A stretch of DNA of 64,000 bases from IMGVR_UViG_3300042923_000569:248001-312000, one strand, 5' to 3'. Counted from the first letter of the stretch, positions 1 to 10,049 are shown. Notes: a model not told the origin generated them from the sequence alone. Program-made: numbers and translations.

Positions 1-2
1 GC

Positions 3-761
3 CTTAACAATATGGTTAAGTTTATTACACAGAGTTTCCATATTCTTTTTACTTTTATTATTAATAATCCCATGACCTTTATTAGAAGCAATAACTTCTT
101 TACAGATTCGGATATTAATTAATTCTTTTGCAAACTCATTAATAAATTCATCCCATGCAGTATTTGATACCTTAATTAAATCTTTGAAATTAAGTGGCAT
201 CAATGCCGGAATGAACTGATTATGTTTATTATAATGATTAATCAGTGCCAGCTTGTAATGTCCAGGCATAGTACTGAACTGAACAGATGGAATCTTGACA
301 CTATGTTCTTTCTTAAATCCATTCTTATTCAAGTCCAGATAAGTAAAATTACGTTTTACTTTATTAATTTCAGCATTTGGATTTAAGTTGTTCAACAAGC
401 ACCGATCATACCAGTACTTGAACTCTGCGTATTCAGCAAAAAGATTACTACGCATAAGGTTACATTTCTCACACAGCAAGTGCAAGTTATGCAACAAATT
501 AGAACCTTCAAGAGAGTTAAGTAAGTTATGGTCAACTGTCATACGACGACCATTACCAGCGAACATAATCATACCGTACATATCATGAAGTTTGAATACA
601 CCTTCTGAACCACAGCAATGACATTTTAATCCATCGCGTGTAGCTATATTGATAGCACGGATAGTACACGATTTAAATGGATAGTGTTTACGCATTTGTT
701 CTAAGTTGTTGAGAACAAACTCACCTTTAAACGTTACATTCTTTACTGATGAAATATTCAT
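3..761 (-). CDS. HNH endonuclease (3' end runs off the window)
   Basis: Not in the ORF track. Manual translation from ATG at 761: ...KCHCCG...MTVDHNLLNSLEGSNLLHNLHLLCEKCNLMRSNLFAE (CxxC plus HNH motif); paralog of 4917-5399. Confidence 0.8.
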   Translation of the reverse strand, partial: MNISSVKNVTFKGEFVLNNLEQMRKHYPFKSCTIRAINIATRDGLKCHCCGSEGVFKLHDMYGMIMFAGNGRRMTVDHNLLNSLEGSNLLHNLHLLCEKCNLMRSNLFAEYAEFKYWYDRCLLNNLNPNAEINKVKRNFTYLDLNKNGFKKEHSVKIPSVQFSTMPGHYKLALINHYNKHNQFIPALMPLNFKDLIKVSNTAWDEFINEFAKELINIRICKEVIASNKGHGIINNKSKKNMETLCNKLNHIVK

Positions 762-765
762 TTGA

Positions 766-1110
766 TTACCGTGCAATTAATTCATTTTCGTAAACAACCC
801 AGCGTGCACCGCTGAACACAATAGCTTCGGCTTTATCGATATCCGCAGTACTATGTGGAGAAGAAAGAATGCGAACACGATCACAAATCAAGCCGTTTGC
901 ATCGTCAACATAGGTGAATGATTCATCAAAGATTTTGCGGTACTTAGCATAATCTTCGTCACTAACATCATACACGAGATCATAAGACATACTATTAATA
1001 GTTTCAACTACATATGGAATGTCTGAACCTTGCATAAAAACTTTGTCTCCCACTTTAAATTTACTTGGTGGGATGATTGCAGTTTGCAGAAGATTTTTTA
1101 ATTGGCTCAT
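766..1110 (-). CDS. hypothetical protein
   Basis: 114 aa ORF; KFKVGDKV phage-type motif; downstream of promoter at 1142. Confidence 0.75.
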   Translation of the reverse strand: MSQLKNLLQTAIIPPSKFKVGDKVFMQGSDIPYVVETINSMSYDLVYDVSDEDYAKYRKIFDESFTYVDDANGLICDRVRILSSPHSTADIDKAEAIVFSGARWVVYENELIAR

Positions 1111-1141
1111 TTAAAATGTTCTCTCTTGATTTGATAAGGTT

Positions 1142-1175
1142 ATCATAACAAAAAGGGCTGACCGAAGTCAACCCC
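1142..1175 (-). promoter_or_regulatory. fused terminator / sigma70-type promoter, copy 1
   Basis: GGGTTGAC-TTCG-GTCAGCCC-TTTTT hairpin containing -35 TTGACT, then TG-T-TATGAT. Confidence 0.8.
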
Positions 1176-1180
1176 TTATA

Positions 1181-1510
1181 TTAATAATCTTTAAATTTTG
1201 AACGAATTTTTTTGGTTTTTCCAAAGCCAAACCATACCATGAAACACAGTAATACTACTACGGAGATTCCAACATAGTTAATAATTAGTGTGCCGCATAA
1301 TGTAAATTTGCTTGGGTCATTATCCATAGTAATATCAAGAATAATACACACGATATTAACGAAAGAAAATATATATAATGTTTCTTCTATACCGTCAAAA
1401 TACTTATTAACTAACTTATGACGGTTAAAGATTCTAAGTACTAATGCACATAATGCTACCAGTACTATTAAAGCCAGAACTAATGTTGAGATAAAGTTAT
1501 AGATTAACAT
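1181..1510 (-). CDS. hypothetical membrane protein
   Basis: Three hydrophobic segments; similar to 1517-1846. Confidence 0.75.
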   Translation of the reverse strand: MLIYNFISTLVLALIVLVALCALVLRIFNRHKLVNKYFDGIEETLYIFSFVNIVCIILDITMDNDPSKFTLCGTLIINYVGISVVVLLCFMVWFGFGKTKKIRSKFKDY

Positions 1511-1516
1511 ATAGCC

Positions 1517-1846
1517 TTATGTATCAATAAATGAAGAACGAAATTCTGATAATATCATACATATCAGAGCAATAACAATAATCGAACCAATTAACCCTAT
1601 GGTTGACATTAATATAACTGCTAATGCCGCATATTGATCAATTTTTGGTGGATGGTATATGTCAACTGAAAGACAAATCATAAGAAATAAGTTATATGCA
1701 CTTAAATAATACAATGAATCATCATTACCAGAAAGTTTCGCTACTAACTTTCTTTTATTAAAGAAGCATAGTATCCATAAAGAACATACATAAAATATGT
1801 ACACACCACCTACTACAGAAAAAATTGTGTTAATCCAAAAAATCAT
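1517..1846 (-). CDS. hypothetical membrane protein
   Basis: Three hydrophobic segments; shares FN..KLV.K...LY..S..N with 1181-1510. Confidence 0.75.
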   Translation of the reverse strand: MIFWINTIFSVVGGVYIFYVCSLWILCFFNKRKLVAKLSGNDDSLYYLSAYNLFLMICLSVDIYHPPKIDQYAALAVILMSTIGLIGSIIVIALICMILSEFRSSFIDT

Positions 1847-1890
1847 ATTAGAATCTCTAATGAAAAGGCACAGTTAAGTGCCTTATAGTT

Positions 1891-2289
1891 TTAGTTAATC
1901 TTGGTACATTTTGGTGATTCACCGGTACTGAGAATATCACCTTCAGAATTTTGGGTAATGATAGTAGCACTGTTACTTTTCTTGTAAACATAAATTACAG
2001 TACTACCAGTACTATCTTCATCGTAATAGATATACGTAGTGCGATCTTCATGGAAATCCACACCAGAAGTATCTAATGCAGTTTTCCATTTCTTACGTGG
2101 ATTTTTCTCATCAGTTACTTTAAAGTTGCATGAGAATACCGGGTAATTATCTTTCTTCTTTGGTTCAGAACGAAGGGTTTCGATCTGTTTGAAAGTATCT
2201 TGGGTGTTATCGTTAATCAGGCGTTCAAGTTCAGTTGCTTGAGCTGAGAAGGACAGGACCAGTACTGTAGCGATGATTAAACGTTTCAT
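1891..2289 (-). CDS. hypothetical exported protein
   Basis: Start reassigned to MKRLIIATVLVLSFSAQA (signal peptide). Confidence 0.75.
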   Translation of the reverse strand: MKRLIIATVLVLSFSAQATELERLINDNTQDTFKQIETLRSEPKKKDNYPVFSCNFKVTDEKNPRKKWKTALDTSGVDFHEDRTTYIYYDEDSTGSTVIYVYKKSNSATIITQNSEGDILSTGESPKCTKIN

Positions 2290-2320
2290 TTTATTTCTCT
2301 CAGTTAAATTTTGTCCCATC

Positions 2321-2352
2321 AGAATAGCAAAAAGGCTGACCGAAGTCAACCT
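2321..2352 (-). promoter_or_regulatory. fused terminator / sigma70-type promoter, copy 2
   Basis: GGTTGAC-TTCG-GTCAGCC-TTTTT; TTGACT-17-TATTCT with TG extension. Confidence 0.8.
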
Positions 2353-2359
2353 TTATTTT

Positions 2360-2632
2360 TTATTCTGGACGTTTAACGTCTTTAAGTTTTGGCATTTCCT
2401 GAATAACATTAAATGTGTGTAATACATTTTTACGGTCACGAGTACTGTAAACTTTACCTACATTACGTTCAAAAATGATCATTAGTGTGCTTTCTTGATT
2501 CACAAAAATACGATGTTCATCAGTACTGAATGATTTTACAAAACTGAAACCTTGGCTTTTTAAAAGTTCTCCAAGTTGTTGGATTGGAACCTGCTGCCAA
2601 CTCTTAATAACACTAAAATCTGTCTTTATCAT
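2360..2632 (-). CDS. hypothetical protein
   Basis: ORF in packed minus-strand run. Confidence 0.7.
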   Translation of the reverse strand: MIKTDFSVIKSWQQVPIQQLGELLKSQGFSFVKSFSTDEHRIFVNQESTLMIIFERNVGKVYSTRDRKNVLHTFNVIQEMPKLKDVKRPE

Positions 2633-2661
2633 GTTTAATTCCCTTTAACATATGATTTACT

Positions 2662-3003
2662 TTATTTATTCTCTATACAAATACTAACTAATTCATTTAG
2701 TTTAGTACCTTGTTCGTACAACGCTACTAATGTAAAAGCATTCTCTGAGCAGTACTTAACTGCATAACCAATATCAGTTCCAGATGCTTCAAGTTCTTTT
2801 AATGCTTTAACAATCATCTGATAGATCATAGTACTCGTCTTTTTAACAGGGTCGGGTTGAATCTTACCATTAGCACAATCAATAATATATCTACGCTTCT
2901 GAGATCTGGTTAATCCTGGTGGAATAGTAAAAGTTACACCATTGATATTATGTCTTAACCTGTCAAATTCTTCAGGGCTTACGATATATTCATTATCTTT
3001 CAT
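2662..3003 (-). CDS. hypothetical protein
   Basis: ORF, overlaps stop of upstream gene. Confidence 0.7.
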   Translation of the reverse strand: MKDNEYIVSPEEFDRLRHNINGVTFTIPPGLTRSQKRRYIIDCANGKIQPDPVKKTSTMIYQMIVKALKELEASGTDIGYAVKYCSENAFTLVALYEQGTKLNELVSICIENK

Positions 3004-3260
3004 AACTTACCTACAATTTCATAGTACTTCAATTTAATGAGATAGAGTAGATAGTCCGTATACTTTATCTCATTGTCATAACGTTTTCTTACTTTGACTT
3101 TATCACTTTCAGTAATACAAGTCTTCATTTCTTTTGCTCTGGACTTCTGCAAAACAGTTAGTTTGTTTGCTAGTTCTTTAATAGTACTGTTAACTTCATG
3201 GCGGTTTTTCCATGAAGCCCTGAGATGATTCAGTGTAGCATATGCACTGAATTTACTCAT
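3000..3260 (-). CDS. hypothetical protein
   Basis: ORF, ATGA-type coupling. Confidence 0.7.
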   Translation of the reverse strand: MSKFSAYATLNHLRASWKNRHEVNSTIKELANKLTVLQKSRAKEMKTCITESDKVKVRKRYDNEIKYTDYLLYLIKLKYYEIVGKL

Positions 3261-3445
3261 TGAATCCGGTCCTTTGAGATGTACTTCATTTTATAGTACA
3301 AACTATCTAACCGGACTTGATAGATAGCATCAGTAATAAACGCGTCAACTTCTTCTTCAGTATCCCCGGTTATTACAAGGTGAATGCTTTCGTATACATC
3401 TTCACCCGGCTTAAGACCTTTCAGTAATACATTGTATTCTAACAC
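3257..3445 (-). CDS. hypothetical protein
   Basis: ORF with GTG start and GGGGG SD. Confidence 0.65.
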   Translation of the reverse strand: MLEYNVLLKGLKPGEDVYESIHLVITGDTEEEVDAFITDAIYQVRLDSLYYKMKYISKDRIQ

Positions 3446-3461
3446 AATACACCCCCTAAAA

Positions 3462-3782
3462 TCAATTTAATTTTTCAATTAACCTTTTAAAATGATATAT
3501 AGTAAGACTAACCAAATACCAATAAGCAGAGATAAGAATTCCATATGATAAGTACATGTCTATTGATTGTTCATTTAAAATAAACATGTTTACAAGACTT
3601 AAATTACATAAAATAATTAAAGTATAAGATGCTGGTGTAGAAAGTCTCCACTTAGTTTTGTGTTCTTCTTCATTAAAGTTATTTTTAAAACTTAGTTGAA
3701 GAATCAAACTTAGAACTCCATAAAAGAACAGTACTGATGGAATTAAAGAAACTACAACAACTACAGCTAAAAGAATTTCCAT
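3462..3782 (-). CDS. hypothetical membrane protein
   Basis: Three hydrophobic segments. Confidence 0.7.
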   Translation of the reverse strand: MEILLAVVVVVSLIPSVLFFYGVLSLILQLSFKNNFNEEEHKTKWRLSTPASYTLIILCNLSLVNMFILNEQSIDMYLSYGILISAYWYLVSLTIYHFKRLIEKLN

Positions 3783-3831
3783 ATAAAATATCCTATAAAA
3801 AAAGGGAGATAATTATATCTCCCTATGATTG

Positions 3832-4152
3832 TTATTTTGTGTCTAACAGATGTACTTTATCTTTGTAGTAGTGATAGGTAGTCTTTGCATACAGACTTAC
3901 CATCCATAACCAGAACAGACATGACAGCCAGATTTGTAAATGTGTTACTACATTCCCGTATAGAAGCCCAATTAACCACAAACAAATTACGGTATATAGT
4001 GGGATTACATTAAAGAATGCAGATTTACTTTTCAGTAGTACCATCGTCGAACCCCACACAGATTTCCGTTGCTGGAATTTAGTGACGTACAAATCAAATA
4101 CGAAAAGTAAATTAACTAACGTAGTTCCGATAACGAATCCAAAAATGTTCAT
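3832..4152 (-). CDS. hypothetical membrane protein
   Basis: Three hydrophobic segments. Confidence 0.7.
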   Translation of the reverse strand: MNIFGFVIGTTLVNLLFVFDLYVTKFQQRKSVWGSTMVLLKSKSAFFNVIPLYTVICLWLIGLLYGNVVTHLQIWLSCLFWLWMVSLYAKTTYHYYKDKVHLLDTK

Positions 4153-4153
4153 A

Positions 4154-4936
4154 TTATACCTCTACGTTATTTTCCCACCACCATTCCAGCTCACCGCCGA
4201 ATGATTGGATTAGTTCTGGATTATCACGGATATATGATACTACAGTATCCCATCCAAGTACACCATCAGTGCCTAACTTTTCAATCCAGGGGCGAATCGT
4301 CCGGCGGCCTTGAATACACGCGTCACAACCATTTAGGGTTTCTTCACTGAAGTTAGGCACTACAGGGAACCCAGCGGCGACCAGTACTGCATTTGGTAAC
4401 AGAATTGGATAGCTGGAAACCTCACAGCTATAATCAAGCTGTTCAAAAATAAACTGCAAAACCGTTTGTTCTTCAGAAAACTTTTTAGTAAATGAAGTAA
4501 TAGGGATGTTTGGATTCAGTAACGGCCTGTAGTCATTTGCCTCGAATAATAACTCAATACCAACAGATTCAAAGTATTCATCAAAAGATATAATACCGTA
4601 ATTGTACTTATCACTTAAACTAATATGTTTATCAAGTTGTTCTTTATATCGTTCATAGATAAACGAACTATTATTTTTGTTTTCAATGAGATTGATACAG
4701 AATGAGCATTCAACTTTATGTTTAAACACTTCATCCCAATATTCAATTGGACGCGTATCGAATTTAAAAATACGTCCGTTCACAAAAATACGACCGGCAG
4801 CATCCAATTTACGATAAACTTTTAAGTCAATCAAATCAATCTGATCATTAGGTAAGCGGTGCCAGAGAATAGATTTAACTTCAGCAGAAGTTAGTTCGTT
4901 AATATTCTTTTCAGTACTAACACGCAACTCGATCAT
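4154..4936 (-). CDS. hypothetical protein, D(A/P)CxxGxR paralog family
   Basis: C-terminal GCDACIQGRRTIRPW motif shared with 5462 and 6873 ORFs. Confidence 0.8.
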   Translation of the reverse strand: MIELRVSTEKNINELTSAEVKSILWHRLPNDQIDLIDLKVYRKLDAAGRIFVNGRIFKFDTRPIEYWDEVFKHKVECSFCINLIENKNNSSFIYERYKEQLDKHISLSDKYNYGIISFDEYFESVGIELLFEANDYRPLLNPNIPITSFTKKFSEEQTVLQFIFEQLDYSCEVSSYPILLPNAVLVAAGFPVVPNFSEETLNGCDACIQGRRTIRPWIEKLGTDGVLGWDTVVSYIRDNPELIQSFGGELEWWWENNVEV

Positions 4937-5399
4937 CTTTTAAAACCTCAATTTTAATTAAGCTAGTACCAAAAGTTGGGTGTTTATACTCTTGATAAGC
5001 AACACCATTAAGATATACAACTTTAACTGGTACGGAAATAGTATTAGAACTAAGTTTTGGAATCCAATTATAATCTTCTTTGGTAATCTTTTTAGGCTTA
5101 GTGAGATATGAAAAGTTCTTAGAAACAGGTAAAGGATCACCGCTCCAGTACCATTCAAGAAATTCGGTTAGTTCAGCAAATAGATTACCACGGAGTTGAT
5201 TACAATCATAGCACATGGGAACAAGGTTGTCAATGCAATTAGAGCCGCCCAATGAACGAAGAAATACGTGATCCTGCGTATATCGTACTAAGGTTCCATC
5301 CAGCTTTTTAAAGTAGTTTTTACTTACTTGAGGAATACCACAGCACATACAGCAGACATTGCGGTATACTTGGTTCATATCTTGCATGAGAGACTCCAT
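4917..5399 (-). CDS. HNH endonuclease
   Basis: CMCCG...TQDHVFLRSLGGSNCIDNLVPMCYDCNQLRG. Confidence 0.85.
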   Translation of the reverse strand: MESLMQDMNQVYRNVCCMCCGIPQVSKNYFKKLDGTLVRYTQDHVFLRSLGGSNCIDNLVPMCYDCNQLRGNLFAELTEFLEWYWSGDPLPVSKNFSYLTKPKKITKEDYNWIPKLSSNTISVPVKVVYLNGVAYQEYKHPTFGTSLIKIEVLKDDRVAC

Positions 5400-5417
5400 T
5401 CATTGATTTAGGAGTCC

Positions 5418-5451
5418 ATTGTAGCTTAATCAGGGGGTCAGGTCAACCCCC
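5418..5451 (-). promoter_or_regulatory. sigma70-type promoter with -35 inside a GC hairpin
   Basis: GGGGG-TTGACC-TGACCCCC; TTGACC-17-TACAAT. Confidence 0.7.
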
Positions 5452-5461
5452 AGGGAGGATT

Positions 5462-6262
5462 TTATTGAACAGAAACGCTAGATAAAGTTGAAGATAGCCA
5501 GGTCAAATCGTCTTTAGCTTCTGATAGATTATTAACATTAGCTAAAATGTGACGGGCAACGAATTCATTCCACGAGTACCGTTGGTCACTACGCCCAGCC
5601 CATTTAACTACACGACGCCAGCCCAAACGACAAGGATCATATGAACGTAGTTCATTACTGGTCATAGTAGGTCGAACAGCACCAAAGATTTTAATTTGGT
5701 CTTCAGTACTGATAATAGTTGCACCAAATGCTTCAAACAAAGTAGCCTTAAAGCTAACCAATTGATTAAAAGAAGTTTCCGATACGTTCAAATTACTCCA
5801 GTTATCAATGAATGCTTTTGCTAGTTCAACATCTTTCTTTTCACCAACAATCTCACCGAAAAAATGTCCTCGGTGAGTAGAGTTAGAATTCGTAAGAAGA
5901 CTAATAATCTGTTCAGTACTCAATGCTTGTTGATAAATTAATGTAACAATATCGTATGAAATTTCTGCTTGACGTTCAATAAGATACTCAATACTTTCTT
6001 CATCTAATTTACAATTACTAATAACATAATCGATATATAGATTAGTTCCTTCAGTTAATATAAGGAAAATTTGTAAAGGGATTGGATCTTTTACCATTGA
6101 CAATACATCAGAATTATATAACTGCATATATTCATCTGGATTGAGATTTGATGCTAGTTGGATTAATTCTTCTACTGAAATTGGCGAATCTATTTTATAT
6201 TTTAAAAGGTTATTAGCAACTTCATTAATACTAACTTCCTTAGTAATATTTAAACGTGGCAT
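5462..6262 (-). CDS. hypothetical protein, DPCxxGxR paralog family
   Basis: SYDPCRLGWRRVVKW motif. Confidence 0.8.
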   Translation of the reverse strand: MPRLNITKEVSINEVANNLLKYKIDSPISVEELIQLASNLNPDEYMQLYNSDVLSMVKDPIPLQIFLILTEGTNLYIDYVISNCKLDEESIEYLIERQAEISYDIVTLIYQQALSTEQIISLLTNSNSTHRGHFFGEIVGEKKDVELAKAFIDNWSNLNVSETSFNQLVSFKATLFEAFGATIISTEDQIKIFGAVRPTMTSNELRSYDPCRLGWRRVVKWAGRSDQRYSWNEFVARHILANVNNLSEAKDDLTWLSSTLSSVSVQ

Positions 6263-6810
6263 TATAACAGTTCCTCATCTTTCATTTCTTCAAGGTACTT
6301 AATTACTTCAGGGTCATTTGAATGGTGTAGTACGCAGCCTAGATCTAGATCATCGCTATATTTTTTAACAAAATCCAAATCAATTGATTGTACATTTTCA
6401 ACATAGAAAAGGCGTATAAGGTTTTTCTCAGCTAGTGCGTTCAAATGTTCTTTTGAAGTACTCTCTGGTAGATATTCAAGTATTACGGATTTTTCAATTG
6501 CAATATCCATAATTTTATTCATCAAATCGTCGGAACTAACACCCAACTTATTTGATAGTAAAACAATATACTCATCATTATTAAGTCGATTAATTATAAA
6601 AGCATTAAAAATAGTGTGTAATACTTTACTTCCTGCAATGTCAACAAGTTTAACATACTTTTGTGCATCTTCAAATCCATGATTGAAAGACGTATATACA
6701 ATATCACTACCATAAAGTAATTCTACATTATCAGCACCATAGGTTTCAATGGCAGCAATAATTTCATCAAGACTACTGGTACTTGTTGACTCAACTACTT
6801 TGATATTCAT
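6262..6810 (-). CDS. hypothetical protein
   Basis: QSIDLDFVKKYSDDLD repeat unit shared with neighbours. Confidence 0.75.
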   Translation of the reverse strand: MNIKVVESTSTSSLDEIIAAIETYGADNVELLYGSDIVYTSFNHGFEDAQKYVKLVDIAGSKVLHTIFNAFIINRLNNDEYIVLLSNKLGVSSDDLMNKIMDIAIEKSVILEYLPESTSKEHLNALAEKNLIRLFYVENVQSIDLDFVKKYSDDLDLGCVLHHSNDPEVIKYLEEMKDEELL

Positions 6811-6872
6811 TTTTGTTCCTTTGTTATCTAAATTAAAAAGCCGAACTTAGTTCGGCATTATAAAGTACTTAA

Positions 6873-8003
6873 TTAGCTCTCAGTATGTTCACGAGACATA
6901 AACCGGCCAGTTGCAGGATCACGTGGTGGCATCTTGGCGGCCCGTTCCTGTTTTAGTCGTTCACGTTCTGCTTGTTGTTGTAGACGTTCTGTATGTTCTT
7001 GTTCACGTGCAACAGCTAATTCAGGATTAGCAGCATATGTTTCTTCAACAACGCGATTGAATTGTTCTGGATTTAAAACATCCATAAACTCTTCCTGGAA
7101 CGTAGCATTTGCTTCATCTACACTTACACCCGTTACTGAACTATAATCATTAACATCAATTTCTTTTAGATTATAAGTTAATTTTCGTTCTGCACGTTGT
7201 ACTTGACGTTCAGTGTTATTAACTGCACGTTCTTTCAACCAATCAACGTAACCATTGGCATTCATACGTGGATGTTTCTTGTAAAGTACTAACAAGTCAT
7301 TCCATGTTGGATAACCTTCTGGATCGTTATTAACACGACGATACTTACGTAACCAGATTGAATATGAACGTTGACCATCACCACACGGATCGCCGCTCAT
7401 CACACGCTGTTCATTCATAACGGTATAGAGGTTTTCTGGTGGAGTGATACCAATTCGTTCACAATCTTCAATAGTTGCATATTCAAGAACATCAGAGTTT
7501 TCTAAGTATTCTCGGAACGCATCGTTATAGTTATAGAACTCTTGATATGATTCAACACCTTTATTACGTGCAAAGTGATCAAAGAAATTATCAACATCCA
7601 TAATAGTTGAATTTTCATCTAAGAACTTTGGCGTGATACAATGCTGATGTTCTGCATAATCCATGTGAATATGCTGTTTATAATTTTCTAAAAATTCAAG
7701 CGAGTACTGTTGTTCATTATGAAACATTGAAGTTTCAATTTTAAATTCACGATTTCCGATTTTGTAGTTTGCTTCAATACAACGAATTAGAGCTTCTTCG
7801 TTAATATAATATAGTATATTACTTAAATTAATCCATGAAGCAAGAACATCAGGTGCTGCAACAAACAGACGATTTAATAAAACTTTGTTTGATAACTCAT
7901 CTTGGTAATCTTCAGATTCTTCAAGATAACGCCAAGCAACAATTTTTAATTCAGCTAAGCTAAGATCAAGTAAGCTGGTTTTATCTGAAATACGAGTAAG
8001 CAT
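6873..8003 (-). CDS. hypothetical protein, DPCxxGxR paralog family
   Basis: SGDPCGDGQRSYSIW motif; coiled-coil tail ending PPRDPATGRF. Confidence 0.8.
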   Translation of the reverse strand: MLTRISDKTSLLDLSLAELKIVAWRYLEESEDYQDELSNKVLLNRLFVAAPDVLASWINLSNILYYINEEALIRCIEANYKIGNREFKIETSMFHNEQQYSLEFLENYKQHIHMDYAEHQHCITPKFLDENSTIMDVDNFFDHFARNKGVESYQEFYNYNDAFREYLENSDVLEYATIEDCERIGITPPENLYTVMNEQRVMSGDPCGDGQRSYSIWLRKYRRVNNDPEGYPTWNDLLVLYKKHPRMNANGYVDWLKERAVNNTERQVQRAERKLTYNLKEIDVNDYSSVTGVSVDEANATFQEEFMDVLNPEQFNRVVEETYAANPELAVAREQEHTERLQQQAERERLKQERAAKMPPRDPATGRFMSREHTES

Positions 8004-8803
8004 TATAGAGCCTCAAGTTCACTAAGCATTAAGTTTAAAATAATATCATCGAACCACACGCGTGCCACGGCATAAACACCGCAAGTTTTCGCATCGGCTA
8101 CATATTCTTCCCAATTAGAATAACTTGTTTTGTTATTATTTCGATAGTAATTTACCATATCACGTGTACTATGACTAGCCATACTGCGATTATTATCATA
8201 ATCAGCAGCTAGTACTTCAGCGTTAATAGTACGCATATAATAACGATCCATTACTTCAATGATTGATTTTCCATTAATAATTGAATAAATCTGTTTAAAC
8301 ACATTCAATACACTATCCCGGGCAGTATCATAACGTACAAAGGATGAAATACGGTCACGATCTTTAGTAAGATCAATAAAGTTCAATACATCGCCACGTT
8401 CAGCCCTGATACCTAGAAATGCACTTACATCCATACTATCACGGTACAAATCAAAGAATTCTTTATCGATATTCCTCTGATTTTCAATATGATATAAAGG
8501 AAGTTTTGAAGCATGGTCTTTCAATACTTGAGCAGGGATATTATAATTATGATGGATGATTGAAGTATTAACACTTTTAGAATTAATAAAAATCTTAGTA
8601 ATTTGTTCAGGAGTTAATGAGAAGTTATTAATAATACGGTCTTGTAAACGCTGAGACAAATCACCTTCTAACATACGCTCAAACAATTCTTTATCAGATA
8701 GAATGTTACGTAATTCGTCACGATCTACTTGGTCAAAACAGAAAGAATTAATATTCTCTGAATTAATTTCAGATGGTTCAGCCCTTAAATGAATCTTACC
8801 CAT
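8003..8803 (-). CDS. hypothetical protein (helical repeat, related to neighbours)
   Basis: NQRNIDKEFFDLYRDSMDV resembles HQHCITPKFLDENSTIMDV of 6873-8003. Confidence 0.8.
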   Translation of the reverse strand: MGKIHLRAEPSEINSENINSFCFDQVDRDELRNILSDKELFERMLEGDLSQRLQDRIINNFSLTPEQITKIFINSKSVNTSIIHHNYNIPAQVLKDHASKLPLYHIENQRNIDKEFFDLYRDSMDVSAFLGIRAERGDVLNFIDLTKDRDRISSFVRYDTARDSVLNVFKQIYSIINGKSIIEVMDRYYMRTINAEVLAADYDNNRSMASHSTRDMVNYYRNNNKTSYSNWEEYVADAKTCGVYAVARVWFDDIILNLMLSELEAL

Positions 8804-8829
8804 TTAAATTATTACCTTAAAGTTATGGT

Positions 8830-9465
8830 TAAAAGAATGCTACTCGCCTTGCTTACGCAAGTCAATGATTTTGTTCTCTGCGAGAATCAAAATCTACTTT
8901 AATAATTATTCTGTTATTAAAAGAACCTTTAATATCAAAACACTTATGAAAGTACTTCATAACTTACCTATCTTATACTGACAAGATTTGTAGAGGCAAT
9001 TTCATCCCCCACAAGGGGAACGAATCTGACAATGATAGTCGTCGGTATATTGTATTGAGAATTACTTTTCAGTACAGAAGCGGGTTGTTCGGTATTCTTC
9101 TTATCTCAGTTCTAACAACGGTCGAGGTCTTAGCTCTCTAAGTGCCAGGTCTATACAATCAAACCCAGCACCTGAATAGTCATAAAATTTGGACGCAACT
9201 ATACTGTACAAATTTCGATGCTATTCTCCCTTATACTATTTGGTAAGGTGCATCCTTATATGTCTATCGAGGAAGTACTGTTAAGTATTAGATGTACTTC
9301 TTTATAGTGCCGCATTGCCGAGGGAGGTACAAACTATGCCTTCACCTATCGGGTTTCTTCTGCACTTCGTACTGCTTGAACTACTCATCTATCAATTACA
9401 TTTTCATTGAAGTAGGAACAAAACATTAGGGGCATTACGCCCCTATCAAACAGAGTTTTATTATC
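8830..9465 (-). ncRNA. candidate large (~600 nt) structured non-coding RNA
   Basis: No ORF >=60 aa; many hairpins (GTGCTGGGTTT/AGACCTGGCAC, TTCGTTCCCC-TTGT-GGGGGATGAA, CTTGC-GTAA-GCAAG); directly downstream of the stable-RNA promoter motif at 9474. Confidence 0.55.
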
Positions 9466-9473
9466 ACAGGTAC

Positions 9474-9503
9474 ATTATACCACATTAATCGAAGTCGTTT
9501 CAA
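9474..9503 (-). promoter_or_regulatory. WTGAAAC-type phage promoter
   Basis: TTGAAACG...TGTGGTATAAT, 18-nt spacer. Confidence 0.75.
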
Positions 9504-9528
9504 AAAATGTGTAGATTGTATAGTACCC

Positions 9529-9801
9529 TTAAAGTTTACCGAATGACGCCCATTCAGAGTTAGTCATAACACCGACTACACCTTTGTCATTAACGAAAAT
9601 GATAGTATCACCCGACCAATCTACGCCATGCTGAGTACTTGGTTTTTTGTTAGTACTATAAACTGCAACTAAGTTAGCACTGAATAAATTATTGAAAAAT
9701 TCACGCAGTGCAGTACTTTTCTTGAACTCTTCTGTATTGTAGATGAATTCAATAATGTCGTTGTAGTTCTCTGACAGGTTCAAATCAGAAAGAGCTTCCA
9801 T
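9529..9801 (-). CDS. hypothetical protein
   Basis: ORF in packed run. Confidence 0.7.
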   Translation of the reverse strand: MEALSDLNLSENYNDIIEFIYNTEEFKKSTALREFFNNLFSANLVAVYSTNKKPSTQHGVDWSGDTIIFVNDKGVVGVMTNSEWASFGKL

Positions 9802-10049
9802 TAGTAGATACCTTCCAGTTTAACAATAATATTATCAATACCAGGTTTAACCAGGTACAGAGGATCTTTTACCATATCCCAAAACCTTACAGCTTTGGAG
9901 AGAAATGCTTTACCCGTAACTTCAGTACCGTCAGGTAATGTCAGCGTGTAATCGATGTTACGTAACTGTTGAGGTTGGGTACAAGTAACTTTCTTACCAA
10001 CAACATGATTAGTATCTTCATCAACTACTGCATACATATAGATAGTCAT
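9801..10049 (-). CDS. hypothetical protein
   Basis: Start reassigned to MTIYMY (AAGGG SD, avoids overlap). Confidence 0.7.
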   Translation of the reverse strand: MTIYMYAVVDEDTNHVVGKKVTCTQPQQLRNIDYTLTLPDGTEVTGKAFLSKAVRFWDMVKDPLYLVKPGIDNIIVKLEGIY

